Assembly: GCA_963847445.1 (NCBI GenBank)
Contig: CAWJZV010000026.1
Coordinates: 32,001 to 96,000 of the forward strand
Direction of reading: 5' to 3'
From: an uncultured delta proteobacterium
GTDB lineage: Bacteria > Desulfobacterota > Binatia > UBA9968
DNA: 64,000 bases
Part shown: one piece after another, positions 21,939 to 30,972 of the stretch
Position numbering within the stretch: position 1 is the stretch's first letter
Layout of the letters: every line of letters starts with the position of its first letter
Notes under the pieces: model-generated
Told to the model about the DNA's origin: nothing
The model's database searches: none
Seen by the model: only the letters and a program-made list of their open reading frames with translations
Program-made: the position numbers and the translations under genes

Positions 21939-22924
21939 TTACCGCGCGCTCAACTCCTTCACCGCCTCGCGCAGATAACTTTGATCGACATACTTGGCCG
22001 CGCTCGGCACCGCGCCTTTGGACTGGGTTTGCTCCCAATAGATCTGCGTGACGTTTTGCAGGCCGTCGATGTTCAGATCGCCGTCGGGGTGCCACGTCTT
22101 GGTCGACGTGTAAAATTCCCAGCCGCGCCGGGCATGGTCGGGTTTGAGATTCATTTCCTTGGCGAGATAGTCCGCCGCGGGCTCTTTGTTCTGGTGAATC
22201 CAGCGCATGGTCTGCGCCATGGCGCGCATGACGCGCACCAGCACCGGCCGGTTTTTTTCCGCCCATGTCCGCTTGGTCGAAAGTGCCGCCAGCTGGTAAT
22301 TGGCAATCACGTCGACGAAACGACCGATTTCGTTAAAGCCCTGCTCTTCGGCAGCGTAATTCACCGGCAGCGACAATGCCGCGGCATCGATGGCACCGGC
22401 AACCAGCGCCGCGTAGGTCTGCGGCGTGCCGCCGATGACCAGCAGTTTGTAATCCCGCGGGTATTCGAGCCCTTTCACCTTGAGCACTTGGCGCAGCGCG
22501 AAGGTGACGCCAGAAGTGAGACTGATGGCGCCGAAATGTAGCGCCGCGCAGGTCGCTGTAGGTTTTGAATTTTCTTGGCGGCCATGATCGACTGCGTCAG
22601 GCCGTTGATGAGACCGCCGACGATCACCAGATCGAGCCCCTTCTCGATGGCCGCGATGGGCGCGTCAGACGCACTGCCGGCGATCTCCAAGGAACCGCCG
22701 GCCAGGGCTTGAATGCCGACGTCGGAAGCGCGAATCACCACCACCTCGACGTCAAGGTTCTGCTTGGCGAAAAAGCCCATGCGCGAGGCGATCCAAAGTG
22801 GACCGTAGCCAAGCGTCTTGGTCGCCGAGCTGATGCGCAGTTTAGTGCGCTCTTGGGCGCCGCAAACGTTAGCGAAAAGAAGGCAGGCGAGAACCGCGGT
22901 GATGGGATAACTTGGTAACGCCAT
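21939..22924 (-). CDS. NMT1/SsuA-type ABC substrate-binding protein (indels near 22490-22570)
   Basis: KTLGYGPLW, GLEYPRDYKLL, KRTWAEKNRP, YVDQSYL. Confidence 0.85.
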
Positions 22925-22988
22925 CGAATTCTCCTATGAGACCACGAGCGCTGGAAATAATTGCTGAACCAGTATCGGTCCGAAACGA

Positions 22989-23024
22989 TTCGAACTTTTT
23001 GAACGGCTTGAAAGTTTTGAACCG
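22989..23024. repeat. TTGAACnnn nonamer tandem array
   Basis: ttcgaactt tttgaacgg cttgaaagt tttgaaccg, about 4 nt past the stop at 23028. Confidence 0.75.
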
Positions 23025-23027
23025 CCT

Positions 23028-24242
23028 TTAAGTCAATACGTCTTCCTGGCGCCACTGTTCGATGGTGGCTTTATCGTAGCCCAGCAGTTCGCCGAGGATT
23101 TGGTCGTTGTCCGAGCCCAAGCGAGCGGGCAATTTCAGTGGATCTTCGGGCACGCCTTTGAAGACAAAGCCGCTGCGCGGAATTTCAAATGGCCCAATCA
23201 GCGACTCGGGAAATGACGAGAAGTAATTGCGGTGGCGCAGCTGCGGATCTTTGAGCAAGTCTGCGCCGGTCTGCACGACGCTGGCCGGCACACCCGCCGC
23301 TTGGCACCTGGTCATGACTTCTTCCGCTGGACGCGCCTCGGTCCATTCTTTGACAATGGCATCGAGCTCCGCGCGGTTATTCAAGCGTAACTGGAGGGTA
23401 ATAAACCGCGCGTCGCTGACGAGTTCCGCCCGGCCGGTGACACGGCAGAAGCTCCGCCACTCGGCATCGTCGCGCACCGAGATCACACACCAACGATCCT
23501 CGCCCTGGCAACGGTAGACACCATGAGGGGCAGCCAATGCGTAATGATTGCCCTTGGGCTTAGGATCGTCGCCGTTCACCGAAGTTTCCAAGTACGTCGT
23601 GCCCAACACCGCCGCCGTGCCCTCGATCTGCGCCAGATCGATGGTCACGCCTTTGCCGCTGCGCCGGCTGTGCAAAAGTGCCGCGATCATCATCGTCGGC
23701 CCCAGGACAAAACCAAGATGATCGGGATAGACGCCCTGACTGCCGATCGGGCGATCCTGCTCGGGGTGATTCCAAAGATAGGTAATGCCGGAGAAAGCCG
23801 TCAGATTGAATCCCCAGGTGCCGTAGCTGCTCTTCGGCCCTTCGGTGCCGAAACCGGGCAGTTTCACAACCACAAGTTTAGGATTAGCTTTGCGCAACTC
23901 GTCATCGCCTAAACCCAGTTTATCCAATACCCTAGGGCGAAAATTCTCCAATATCGCATCCGCTTTGCCGGCGAGCTCGCGAATCAGCTTCGCGCCGGTG
24001 GGATTTTTTAGATTGATCGACAGCGAGCGGACGCCGAGATTGCACTCGATGAAGCGCGGCGCCTCGTCGATGTCTTTATGCTGGCCGTAATGGCGAAAGG
24101 TATCGAGGCCGCCCTTGCGCGACTCGATCTTGATCACCTCCGCGCCATAGTTGGCCAGCAACCTGCCGGCGTAGGGGCCGGCGTAGCCGGTGGTGAAAGC
24201 GAGGATGCGCACACCCTTCAATATTTCGTTAGTCGTGCTCAT
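23028..24242 (-). CDS. CaiB/BaiF (family III) CoA-transferase, catalytic-Asp subunit
   Basis: LKGVRIL, AGPYAGRLLANYGAEVIKIE, ENFRP, GFGTEGP, VYPDH. Confidence 0.9.
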   Translation of the reverse strand: MSTTNEILKGVRILAFTTGYAGPYAGRLLANYGAEVIKIESRKGGLDTFRHYGQHKDIDEAPRFIECNLGVRSLSINLKNPTGAKLIRELAGKADAILENFRPRVLDKLGLGDDELRKANPKLVVVKLPGFGTEGPKSSYGTWGFNLTAFSGITYLWNHPEQDRPIGSQGVYPDHLGFVLGPTMMIAALLHSRRSGKGVTIDLAQIEGTAAVLGTTYLETSVNGDDPKPKGNHYALAAPHGVYRCQGEDRWCVISVRDDAEWRSFCRVTGRAELVSDARFITLQLRLNNRAELDAIVKEWTEARPAEEVMTRCQAAGVPASVVQTGADLLKDPQLRHRNYFSSFPESLIGPFEIPRSGFVFKGVPEDPLKLPARLGSDNDQILGELLGYDKATIEQWRQEDVLT

Positions 24243-24259
24243 ATTCAGCTCAGATTAAA

Positions 24260-24339
24260 AATTCCAAATTCCAGATTACATATTCCAGACTAAGGCGAGT
24301 TCTTGCCAATTTGGAATCTGGAATCTGTAATTTGGAATT
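24260..24339. repeat. Inverted repeat with tandem ATTCCAG/A heptamer arms
   Basis: aattccaaattccagattacatattccag (24260-24288) pairs with ttggaatctggaatctgtaatttggaatt (24311-24339), 4 mismatches in 29. Confidence 0.85.
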
Positions 24340-24341
24340 AT

Positions 24342-25550
24342 TCAGATAACCCCTTCCGCCGCCAATGCCGCTAGATCGCTCGCGCCCAAGCCCAACTCGC
24401 CGCGCAATATTTCATCGTTGTGCTGGCCGACGAGCGGCGCGGGAGCCGGCCCGCCGCGCTTACCGTCCACCGTGAAGAAATTACCCGGCGCGTCGAAGCT
24501 GCCAAGCACCGGATGCGTCACCTGGCTAAAAAAGCCGCGCGCCTGAATATGCGGGTCTTTCATGAAGTCCGAAGGGGAATTCACCGGCAGTCCGGGGATG
24601 CCGTGCTTCTGCATCAGTTCCGCCAGATCTTCTTTCGTGTAACGCATCGTGAACGATGTCACCTGCGCGTTGATGTAGTCAGCCTGCTGCCGCCGCAGGT
24701 TGCTGTTGATCCACTTGGGATCGTCCAGCGCCGGCTCGTGATGGTCCCAAACCTTGAGCAGCAGCGGCCAGTGGGTCTGCGTGACGAACAAGGCGATCCA
24801 GCCGTTCTGGCACTGGAACAAATTCGCCGGCGCGTTATGCTGGTGCTGGCTACCGGCGCGTTTCATCACCCGGCCGTCGGAAGAAAAGTTAAACGCCACA
24901 TGCTCGTGCAGCGCCATGCTCGCCTGCACCGAGCCGTCGATCCACGCGCCGATGCCGCGCATCTCGCGCTGCCACAGCGCCAACATCGTGCCATAGCAGG
25001 CCATCAAGCTGGCGTAATAATAAGCCTGCGTCTCCGGCGGATTGCACGGCGTCATCTTCGGATCGCCGCTGATGTAAAGCAACGCGCCCATGGCGTTGCC
25101 GACGATATCCGGCGCTTTGTAATGAGCGTACGGCCCGTCTTGGCCGAAACCGGTGAGCGACACCAGGATCAGCTTGCTGTGCCTTTCCAGCAGCTGCGCA
25201 TAGCCGAGACCGCGCGCCGCGAACTCGCCCGGCGCGAAAGTTTCGAGCACGATGTCAGACTTCGCCACCAGATCGAGAAATATCTTTCGCCCGCTGTCTT
25301 TGGCGATATCGAGCGTAATACTTTTTTTACCGCCGTTGAGATAGGCGAAGCGCAAGCTGCCCTCGCGGTGCGCATGGCCATTGGCGAAGGGCGGCTCCAA
25401 GCGCCCGGCATCACCGCCCGGCGGCTCGATCTTGATCACTTCCATGCCGAGATCGCGCAGCACCTTGCCGCAAAACGATCCCATGGAGGAACTCAAGTCG
25501 AGGACGCGGTAGCCGGAGAGGAGTGGGGTTGCGTTGGTGATTTCAATCAT
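24342..25550 (-). CDS. CaiB/BaiF (family III) CoA-transferase, probable non-catalytic partner subunit
   Basis: LSGYRVLDLS, LGMEVIKIEPPGGD, LNGGKKSITLD, TGFGQDGPY; ETQAYY at the position of the catalytic Asp; start at MIEITN inferred. Confidence 0.88.
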   Translation of the reverse strand: MIEITNATPLLSGYRVLDLSSSMGSFCGKVLRDLGMEVIKIEPPGGDAGRLEPPFANGHAHREGSLRFAYLNGGKKSITLDIAKDSGRKIFLDLVAKSDIVLETFAPGEFAARGLGYAQLLERHSKLILVSLTGFGQDGPYAHYKAPDIVGNAMGALLYISGDPKMTPCNPPETQAYYYASLMACYGTMLALWQREMRGIGAWIDGSVQASMALHEHVAFNFSSDGRVMKRAGSQHQHNAPANLFQCQNGWIALFVTQTHWPLLLKVWDHHEPALDDPKWINSNLRRQQADYINAQVTSFTMRYTKEDLAELMQKHGIPGLPVNSPSDFMKDPHIQARGFFSQVTHPVLGSFDAPGNFFTVDGKRGGPAPAPLVGQHNDEILRGELGLGASDLAALAAEGVI

Positions 25551-25586
25551 GTGCAGGGTTCGATCGAAGTGTAGAATCCTCTGATT

Positions 25587-25655
25587 TCGAGGATGGACGA
25601 TGGAGAATTGACGATAGAGAATCGCAAGACGCCATCCTCGATCCTCTATCCTCGA
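25587..25655. repeat. Inverted repeat with tandem GAGGAT/ATCCTC heptamer arms
   Basis: tcgaggatggacgatggagaattgacgatagaga ... ccatcctcgatcctctatcctcga; related array at 30898-30931. Confidence 0.7.
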
Positions 25656-25662
25656 CCGTTCT

Positions 25663-26826
25663 TCATCCCTTATGATTGCGAATAATATGTTCCGCCAGAC
25701 GCCAGCGCAGCACCTCCGGCGTGCCTTCGGTGATGCGCAGGCTGCGCACCTGGCGGTACCACCATTCAAGCGGTAATTCGCGCATGAGACCTAAACCGCC
25801 ATGGACCTGAATCGAGCGGTCGACCACCCGGCTGGCCATCTCGGCGCACTGAATTTTCGTCATGTACGATAATTGACGAATATCCTCGCCGCGATCATGG
25901 CGCCAGGCGCATTCGTAAACCATCAAGCGGCAAGCGTGCAGCTCCATCGCCGAGTCGGCGATCATGAACTGAATCGCCTGGCGGTTGGCCAGCGGCTGGC
26001 CGAAGGTGGTGCGCACCTTGGAATATTCGATCATCATGTCGAGGGCACGCGACGCGATGCCCACCGGCCGCGCGCCATGGCCGCGCACGCGCCCCTCTTC
26101 GATCCACTTTTGCGCGATGGAAAAGCCCTGCCCTTCGCCGCCGATCATGTCGGCCGCCGCCACGCGGACATTTTCGAAATGAATTTGCCCCGGCGTGTCG
26201 CCCATCATGGTCGGCCAGAGCTTTTCCAGCGTCACGCCCGGCGCTTTCATGCTGACCATGAAACAGCTGACGCCGCCGCGCGCGCCCTTGACCGGATCGG
26301 TAACCGCGATCACCTGCGCGTAGTCGGCGGTCTTGGCGCCGGTGATGAATCTTTTAGTGCCGTTGATGACGTAATGATCGCCGTCTTTGACCGCGCGAGT
26401 TTTCATGCCTGCCGGATCGCTGCCGGCATCCGGTTCGGTCTGGGCGAAACAAATGCGCATCTTGCCGTCGATCACCGGCTGCAAGAAACGTTTCTTCTGC
26501 TCGTCGTTGCAGTGAAACAACACCGGCCGCACTTCGGGACCAAAGATCGGCGCGTAACGAAACGGGATGGCGATGGTGCGCGCGACTTCTTCCATGATCA
26601 CGCAGCGGCTCATCAAGTCGAGCCCCGCGCCGCCATACTCTTGCGGCACGTCGAGCAGCCAAAGGCCGATCGCCTTGGCTTTCTCCTGCAGCGGCTTGAT
26701 GAACTGCTCCGGCATATCTTCGCCTTCCGGCCGGCACTCCCGCTCCAGCGGGATCAGCTCGCGGTCGACGAATTTGCGCACCGTCTCTTTGAGAATTTGC
26801 AGTTCTTCGGGGAGATTGAAATCCAT
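25663..26826 (-). CDS. Acyl-CoA dehydrogenase family protein
   Basis: FAQTEPDAGSD, YVINGTKRFITGA, RTTFGQPLANRQAIQF, QVHGGLG, RITEGTPEV. Confidence 0.93.
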   Translation of the reverse strand: MDFNLPEELQILKETVRKFVDRELIPLERECRPEGEDMPEQFIKPLQEKAKAIGLWLLDVPQEYGGAGLDLMSRCVIMEEVARTIAIPFRYAPIFGPEVRPVLFHCNDEQKKRFLQPVIDGKMRICFAQTEPDAGSDPAGMKTRAVKDGDHYVINGTKRFITGAKTADYAQVIAVTDPVKGARGGVSCFMVSMKAPGVTLEKLWPTMMGDTPGQIHFENVRVAAADMIGGEGQGFSIAQKWIEEGRVRGHGARPVGIASRALDMMIEYSKVRTTFGQPLANRQAIQFMIADSAMELHACRLMVYECAWRHDRGEDIRQLSYMTKIQCAEMASRVVDRSIQVHGGLGLMRELPLEWWYRQVRSLRITEGTPEVLRWRLAEHIIRNHKG

Positions 26827-26844
26827 TGACTGCTCCGGCCATTG

Positions 26845-26877
26845 CCCTCACCCTAACCCTCTCCCAGAGGGAGAGGG
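26845..26877 (+). repeat. CCCTCACCCTAACCCTCTCCC..GGGAGAGGG hairpin repeat
   Basis: Direct reading; a related element in opposite orientation at 39274-39310. Confidence 0.65.
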
Positions 26878-26897
26878 AAGAGTGAGGACGATCCGAA

Positions 26898-26927
26898 TTG
26901 AACCTTGAACCTTGAACTTTTGAACTT
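26898..26927. repeat. TTGAAC tandem array
   Basis: ttgaacc ttgaacc ttgaactt ttgaact, about 14 nt past the stop at 26941. Confidence 0.8.
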
Positions 26928-26940
26928 TGTACCGCGAAGC

Positions 26941-27780
26941 CTATTTCGCGTTCCGGTCGTACTCGCCCAACCCCGGACGGTAGCTCTTCTTATCGAGGAA
27001 CTGTTCCATGCCGGTCTCGCGGCCCTTTTCCGGATCGGTTAGACGCAACGCCGTGCCCTTGGCGCACATGTATTCTTCCGCCTGGCCGTAGTCCATGGTG
27101 CGGCAATGTTTGTAGACTTCCTTGGCAGCGCGCAACACCGCGGGATTTTTCTTTTTCAGCTTGTCGGCGAGAGCCATGGTCTCGGCGCGCAGCTTTTCTT
27201 TTGGCACCGCATAGTTGATCAGCTTCATTTCAGCGGCTTTTTTGCCGTCGAACGGATCGCCGGTCATGATGCACCACATGGCGTCGCGGTAACACATGGC
27301 GTCGGCCAGCACCCGGCTGACCAAGCCTCCGGGGAAAATCCCCCAATTCACTTCACTCAAACCGAAGGTCGCGTCTTCCGCCGCGATGGCAAAGTCGCAA
27401 GCGATCAGCGGCGTAAACGCGCCGCCGAAGCAAAAGCCGTTGACCATGGCGATGGTCGGCTTGGGGAACCAGAACAGCCGGCGCCAGCGCCACTCCTGCG
27501 ACGCCCAGCTCGCCTTGCGCCGTTCCAATGCATTGTTATCCGTGCCGCGGAAATACTCGCGCAGGTCCTGCCCCGCGCACCAGCTCGGCCCGGCGCCGGT
27601 GAGAACCAACACCTGGGTCTCTTTGTCGACTTCCAATTCGGTCAAGGCTTCGAGCATATCGTAGTGAAGCTGGGGGTTCATCGCGTTACGCTTCTCTGGA
27701 CGATTGAGAATCACCCAAGTCGTCCCGTCCTCTTTTTCGACCCTGACGGTCTTATATTCTTTCCATAATGTTGCAGCCAC
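26941..27780 (-). CDS. ech: p-Hydroxycinnamoyl-CoA hydratase/lyase (crotonase family)
   Basis: LNRPEKRNAM, GQDLREYFR, GLSEVNWGIFPGG, AEEYMCAK, SYRPGL match the HCHL motifs containing its catalytic Tyr/Glu/Tyr; AAGGAGG RBS. Confidence 0.85.
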   Translation of the reverse strand: MAATLWKEYKTVRVEKEDGTTWVILNRPEKRNAMNPQLHYDMLEALTELEVDKETQVLVLTGAGPSWCAGQDLREYFRGTDNNALERRKASWASQEWRWRRLFWFPKPTIAMVNGFCFGGAFTPLIACDFAIAAEDATFGLSEVNWGIFPGGLVSRVLADAMCYRDAMWCIMTGDPFDGKKAAEMKLINYAVPKEKLRAETMALADKLKKKNPAVLRAAKEVYKHCRTMDYGQAEEYMCAKGTALRLTDPEKGRETGMEQFLDKKSYRPGLGEYDRNAK

Positions 27781-27881
27781 GTTTCGTACCTCCTTAGTTT
27801 AATGTCAAATTTAATCAATTCTTATTCGACCCACTGGGAAACTGTCAAGCGGATTCAAACGAATGTTTCCCTCAGTAACGG

Positions 27882-28853
27882 TTATTTCGCGTACAGCGTT
27901 TTGACAAACCCGCTCTGCTCAATCTCGCGCAGCAAACTATCGTCGACGAAGGATTTTGGGTCGGCTGTCTTGGCTTTCGGATTGTCCTTCTCGATGAAGC
28001 CGAGTACGGTTTCGACGCCGCGTATCGACGGATACGGGATGTTCTCATAATATTTTGCAATCAGTAGATCCAGGGAGCGCTCGAGGTTTCGTTCCTGCTC
28101 AGGCCCGATTCGAAGTTTTTTCTTGACGATGTCCAAGCTCTCCTTCTTGTTCTGTTTCACGAACGCGATCCCTTCCACGTATCCTCTGAGAAATCTTAAG
28201 ACCTTATCGCGGTTATTCTTGATGTATTGCCGAGTCGTCGCCACCATCGTATGCAGATAGAAAATGTCGGTATCCGCCATATCGAGCAACACTCGATAGC
28301 CGCGATCCTCGGCGACGAACATCGACGGAATCGTCAGCACACCTCCGTCGACACCGCCTTTGTCGAGGCTCGCCAGCATATTCGGCGACGAGCCGAGTTG
28401 CAGGACCTGAATATCATTCACGGTCATCTTCCAGCGCTGCAGCATCATGAGCAGAACGGAATGAGAAACCGCGCCGATGCGCGTAACGCCGACTCTTTTT
28501 CCTTTGAGATCCGCCGGCGTTTTTATTTCCGGCTTTGTGACAAGTCTCTGCAGGCCTTTGTTGACGACGCTGGCGACCATCACTGTATCGCCGCCGCGCA
28601 ACGCCGCGGCAACCAAGACGTCGCCGGCCGAGTTCACCATTTGGATGTCATTGGCGAGCAACGCGCTGATCCCCGCAGTGCCGCCCTGACCGGTGACGAT
28701 CACTTCGGCTTCAATCCCATGTTTACGAAAAAGTCCTCTAGTCTCCGCCACCCAAACCGCAGCGTGCAGTCCGCTCACAGAGCTCAGCCCCATACTAATC
28801 TTGTCCTGGGCGAATCCGAGCCGTGATTGAAATAAACCAATGAGCAGCAGCAA
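27882..28853 (-). CDS. NMT1/SsuA-type ABC substrate-binding protein
   Basis: WVAETRGLFRKHGI, LKGKRVGVTRIG, PYPSIRG, DPKSFVDDSLLREIEQSGF; true start probably slightly upstream. Confidence 0.88.
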   Translation of the reverse strand: MLLLIGLFQSRLGFAQDKISMGLSSVSGLHAAVWVAETRGLFRKHGIEAEVIVTGQGGTAGISALLANDIQMVNSAGDVLVAAALRGGDTVMVASVVNKGLQRLVTKPEIKTPADLKGKRVGVTRIGAVSHSVLLMMLQRWKMTVNDIQVLQLGSSPNMLASLDKGGVDGGVLTIPSMFVAEDRGYRVLLDMADTDIFYLHTMVATTRQYIKNNRDKVLRFLRGYVEGIAFVKQNKKESLDIVKKKLRIGPEQERNLERSLDLLIAKYYENIPYPSIRGVETVLGFIEKDNPKAKTADPKSFVDDSLLREIEQSGFVKTLYAK

Positions 28854-28911
28854 ACAAAAACTCGCAAATGAACGTTGTCTTGTGTCATCGCCAATTCTTC
28901 CTTTTTAATTT

Positions 28912-29901
28912 TTACTTTTTACTTTTGTCAATTTCCGCCCACGCCTGCTTCAAATAACTCTGGTCAATATACTTCGACGGCTGCGGCAGAGGCTCTTTCA
29001 AAACCCCCTGGTCGGCAGTGAGATTGATGATTGTGCGCACGCCCTCGACATTGAGACCCGCGTCGCGATCCCAGATGCGGTTCTTCCAGTTATAATCGGA
29101 AGCATAGCGGCAGTGCTCCATGCTGATCGACATCTCTTTCGTCAGATAGGCGCAGGCCGCGTCCCGGTTGTCCGCCATCCAGCGCATGGACGCCACCATC
29201 GCCTTCATAAACCTGACAACCAGCGGACGGTTTTTCTCGGCCCAGGATCGCTTGACGATGTAGACATTGAACTGAAAATTGGGCTGATCGTCGGCGAAGT
29301 AACCGATGATGTTAAACCCCTGCTGCTTGGCGACAAGATCCAGCGGCACGCCTACCGGCGCTGACGAGATCTGCCCCGCGGTCAGCGCCTGGAAACGATC
29401 GGGCGCGCTGCCGATGTTCAAAAGCTTGTAGTCGCGCGGATACTCCAGGCCGTGGACTTTCATAACCAGGCGTAGGGCAAACCCGGTGCCGGAGGTGAGC
29501 GTCTGCGAACCGATGGTGGTGCCGCGCAGATCGGCGTAGGTTTTGTATTGTTTGGCGCCGATCATACTCAGTCCGAGCCCATTGATCAGCCCGCCGATCA
29601 TCGTAATATCCGCGCCTCTCTCATAGGCGTTGATGAGCGTATCAACGGTCGCGCTGGCAACGTAAATCGAATCAGCCGTCAGCGCCTGAATCGTCAGCGG
29701 CGAGCCGCGCATGGTGACGATCGGTACGTCCAGACCTTCCTTTTCAAAAAACCCCATCTTCGCCGCCACCCACAGCGGCCCGTAGCTCAAGGTCTTCGAC
29801 GATTCGCCGATGGGGAAGCGAAACTTCTCCTGGGCTTCAATTCGGCCTACGCCTAAGAAGAGCAGTAAGATCAAGCAGTCTATCCAGAATCGCATCTTCA
29901 T
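28912..29901 (-). CDS. NMT1/SsuA-type ABC substrate-binding protein
   Basis: Signal peptide, KTLSYGPLW, GLEYPRDYKLL, KRSWAEKNRP, YIDQSYL. Confidence 0.9.
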   Translation of the reverse strand: MKMRFWIDCLILLLFLGVGRIEAQEKFRFPIGESSKTLSYGPLWVAAKMGFFEKEGLDVPIVTMRGSPLTIQALTADSIYVASATVDTLINAYERGADITMIGGLINGLGLSMIGAKQYKTYADLRGTTIGSQTLTSGTGFALRLVMKVHGLEYPRDYKLLNIGSAPDRFQALTAGQISSAPVGVPLDLVAKQQGFNIIGYFADDQPNFQFNVYIVKRSWAEKNRPLVVRFMKAMVASMRWMADNRDAACAYLTKEMSISMEHCRYASDYNWKNRIWDRDAGLNVEGVRTIINLTADQGVLKEPLPQPSKYIDQSYLKQAWAEIDKSKK

Positions 29902-29926
29902 CCGAAACCCCCTTACTCCGCACCAC

Positions 29927-30941
29927 TTACTTCTTCGCCAACTCCGCGAACGCCTGTTTGATATAGCTCTGATCGATATACTTCGCCGGCTGTCGCCAGC
30001 GGCTCTTTCTGGCCGGCGATCTCGGCGACGATCTTGATCATGGTGCGGACGCCGTCGAGATTCAGCTCGGCGTTGCGATCCCAGACATAATTCTTAACGC
30101 TATATTCCCAGGCAATGCGGCAGTTCTCGACTGTCATCGACATTTCCTTCGACAGATAGCCACAAGCCGCGTCGCGGTTGTCGAACAGCCAGCGATGGGT
30201 TTGCACTATCGCCTTCATGTAGCGCACCACCAGCGGGCGGTTTTTTTCGGCCCACGAACGCTTGACGGTGTACGGGTTCAAAAAATAATTGGGTACATCG
30301 TCGGCAAAATAGCCGAGCACGTTGAAACCCTGCTGCTTGGCCGAGGTATCGAGCGGCACGCTCAACGGGGTCGCGGCGATCTGACCGGACTGCAATGCGA
30401 TGTAACGATCGGTCACGCCGCCGACATTTAGAATTTGATAATCGCGCGGATACTCCAGGCCATGGGCGCGCAACACCAGACGCAAGGCAAAGCCGGTTCC
30501 GGTAGTAATCGTCTGCGAGCCGATGGTCTTGCCGCGCAGATCGTCAAAGGTCTTGTACGGCTTGGCGGCTACCAGGCTCATGCTCAGATTATTGAGCAGA
30601 CTGCCGACCATCGCCAAGTCGAGCCCTTTGTCGACGGCGCCAATCACGCCATCGGTGCCGACATTGGCGACATAGATCGACTCGGTGGCCAAAGCTTGAA
30701 TGGTGATCGGCGTGCCGCGCATGACGACGATCTGAACATCCAAACCCTCGCGCTCGAAGTAGCCGAGTTTTTGCCCGAGCCACAACGGCCCGTAGCTGAA
30801 GGTTTTCGACGACGCGCCGATGGGAAAGCGAACCTTCTCCTGCGCCACGAGAGGCACACCAGTTAGAATGATGACGATGAGCAGCGCTACCGCCGACGCG
30901 ATCCTCAATCCTCCATCCTCGATCCTCGACCGGATATCCAT
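29927..30941 (-). CDS. NMT1/SsuA-type ABC substrate-binding protein (indel near 29995)
   Basis: KTFSYGPLW, GLEYPRDYQIL, KRSWAEKNRP; close paralog of the adjacent gene. Confidence 0.88.
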
Positions 30942-30972
30942 CACACAATACGCCAACACTCCATCTCTCCAA
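30898..30972 (-). repeat. Adjacent ATCCTC heptamer array (30898-30931) and TGGAGT octamer array (30938-30972)
   Basis: gatcctcaatcctccatcctcgatcctcga; ccatcacacaatacgccaacactccatctctccaa; these overlap the 5' end of the SBP gene. Confidence 0.65.

Noticed and set aside
25551-25769. N-terminal extension of the CaiB ORF 24342-25769
   Set aside because: Overlaps the ACAD 3' end and translates the ATCCTC repeat; homology starts at MIEITN
24420-26829. Long antisense ORFs (24420-25574, 25873-26829; also 56494-57711, 47552-48499)
   Set aside because: Shadow ORFs of GC-rich genes on the opposite strand, with no motifs
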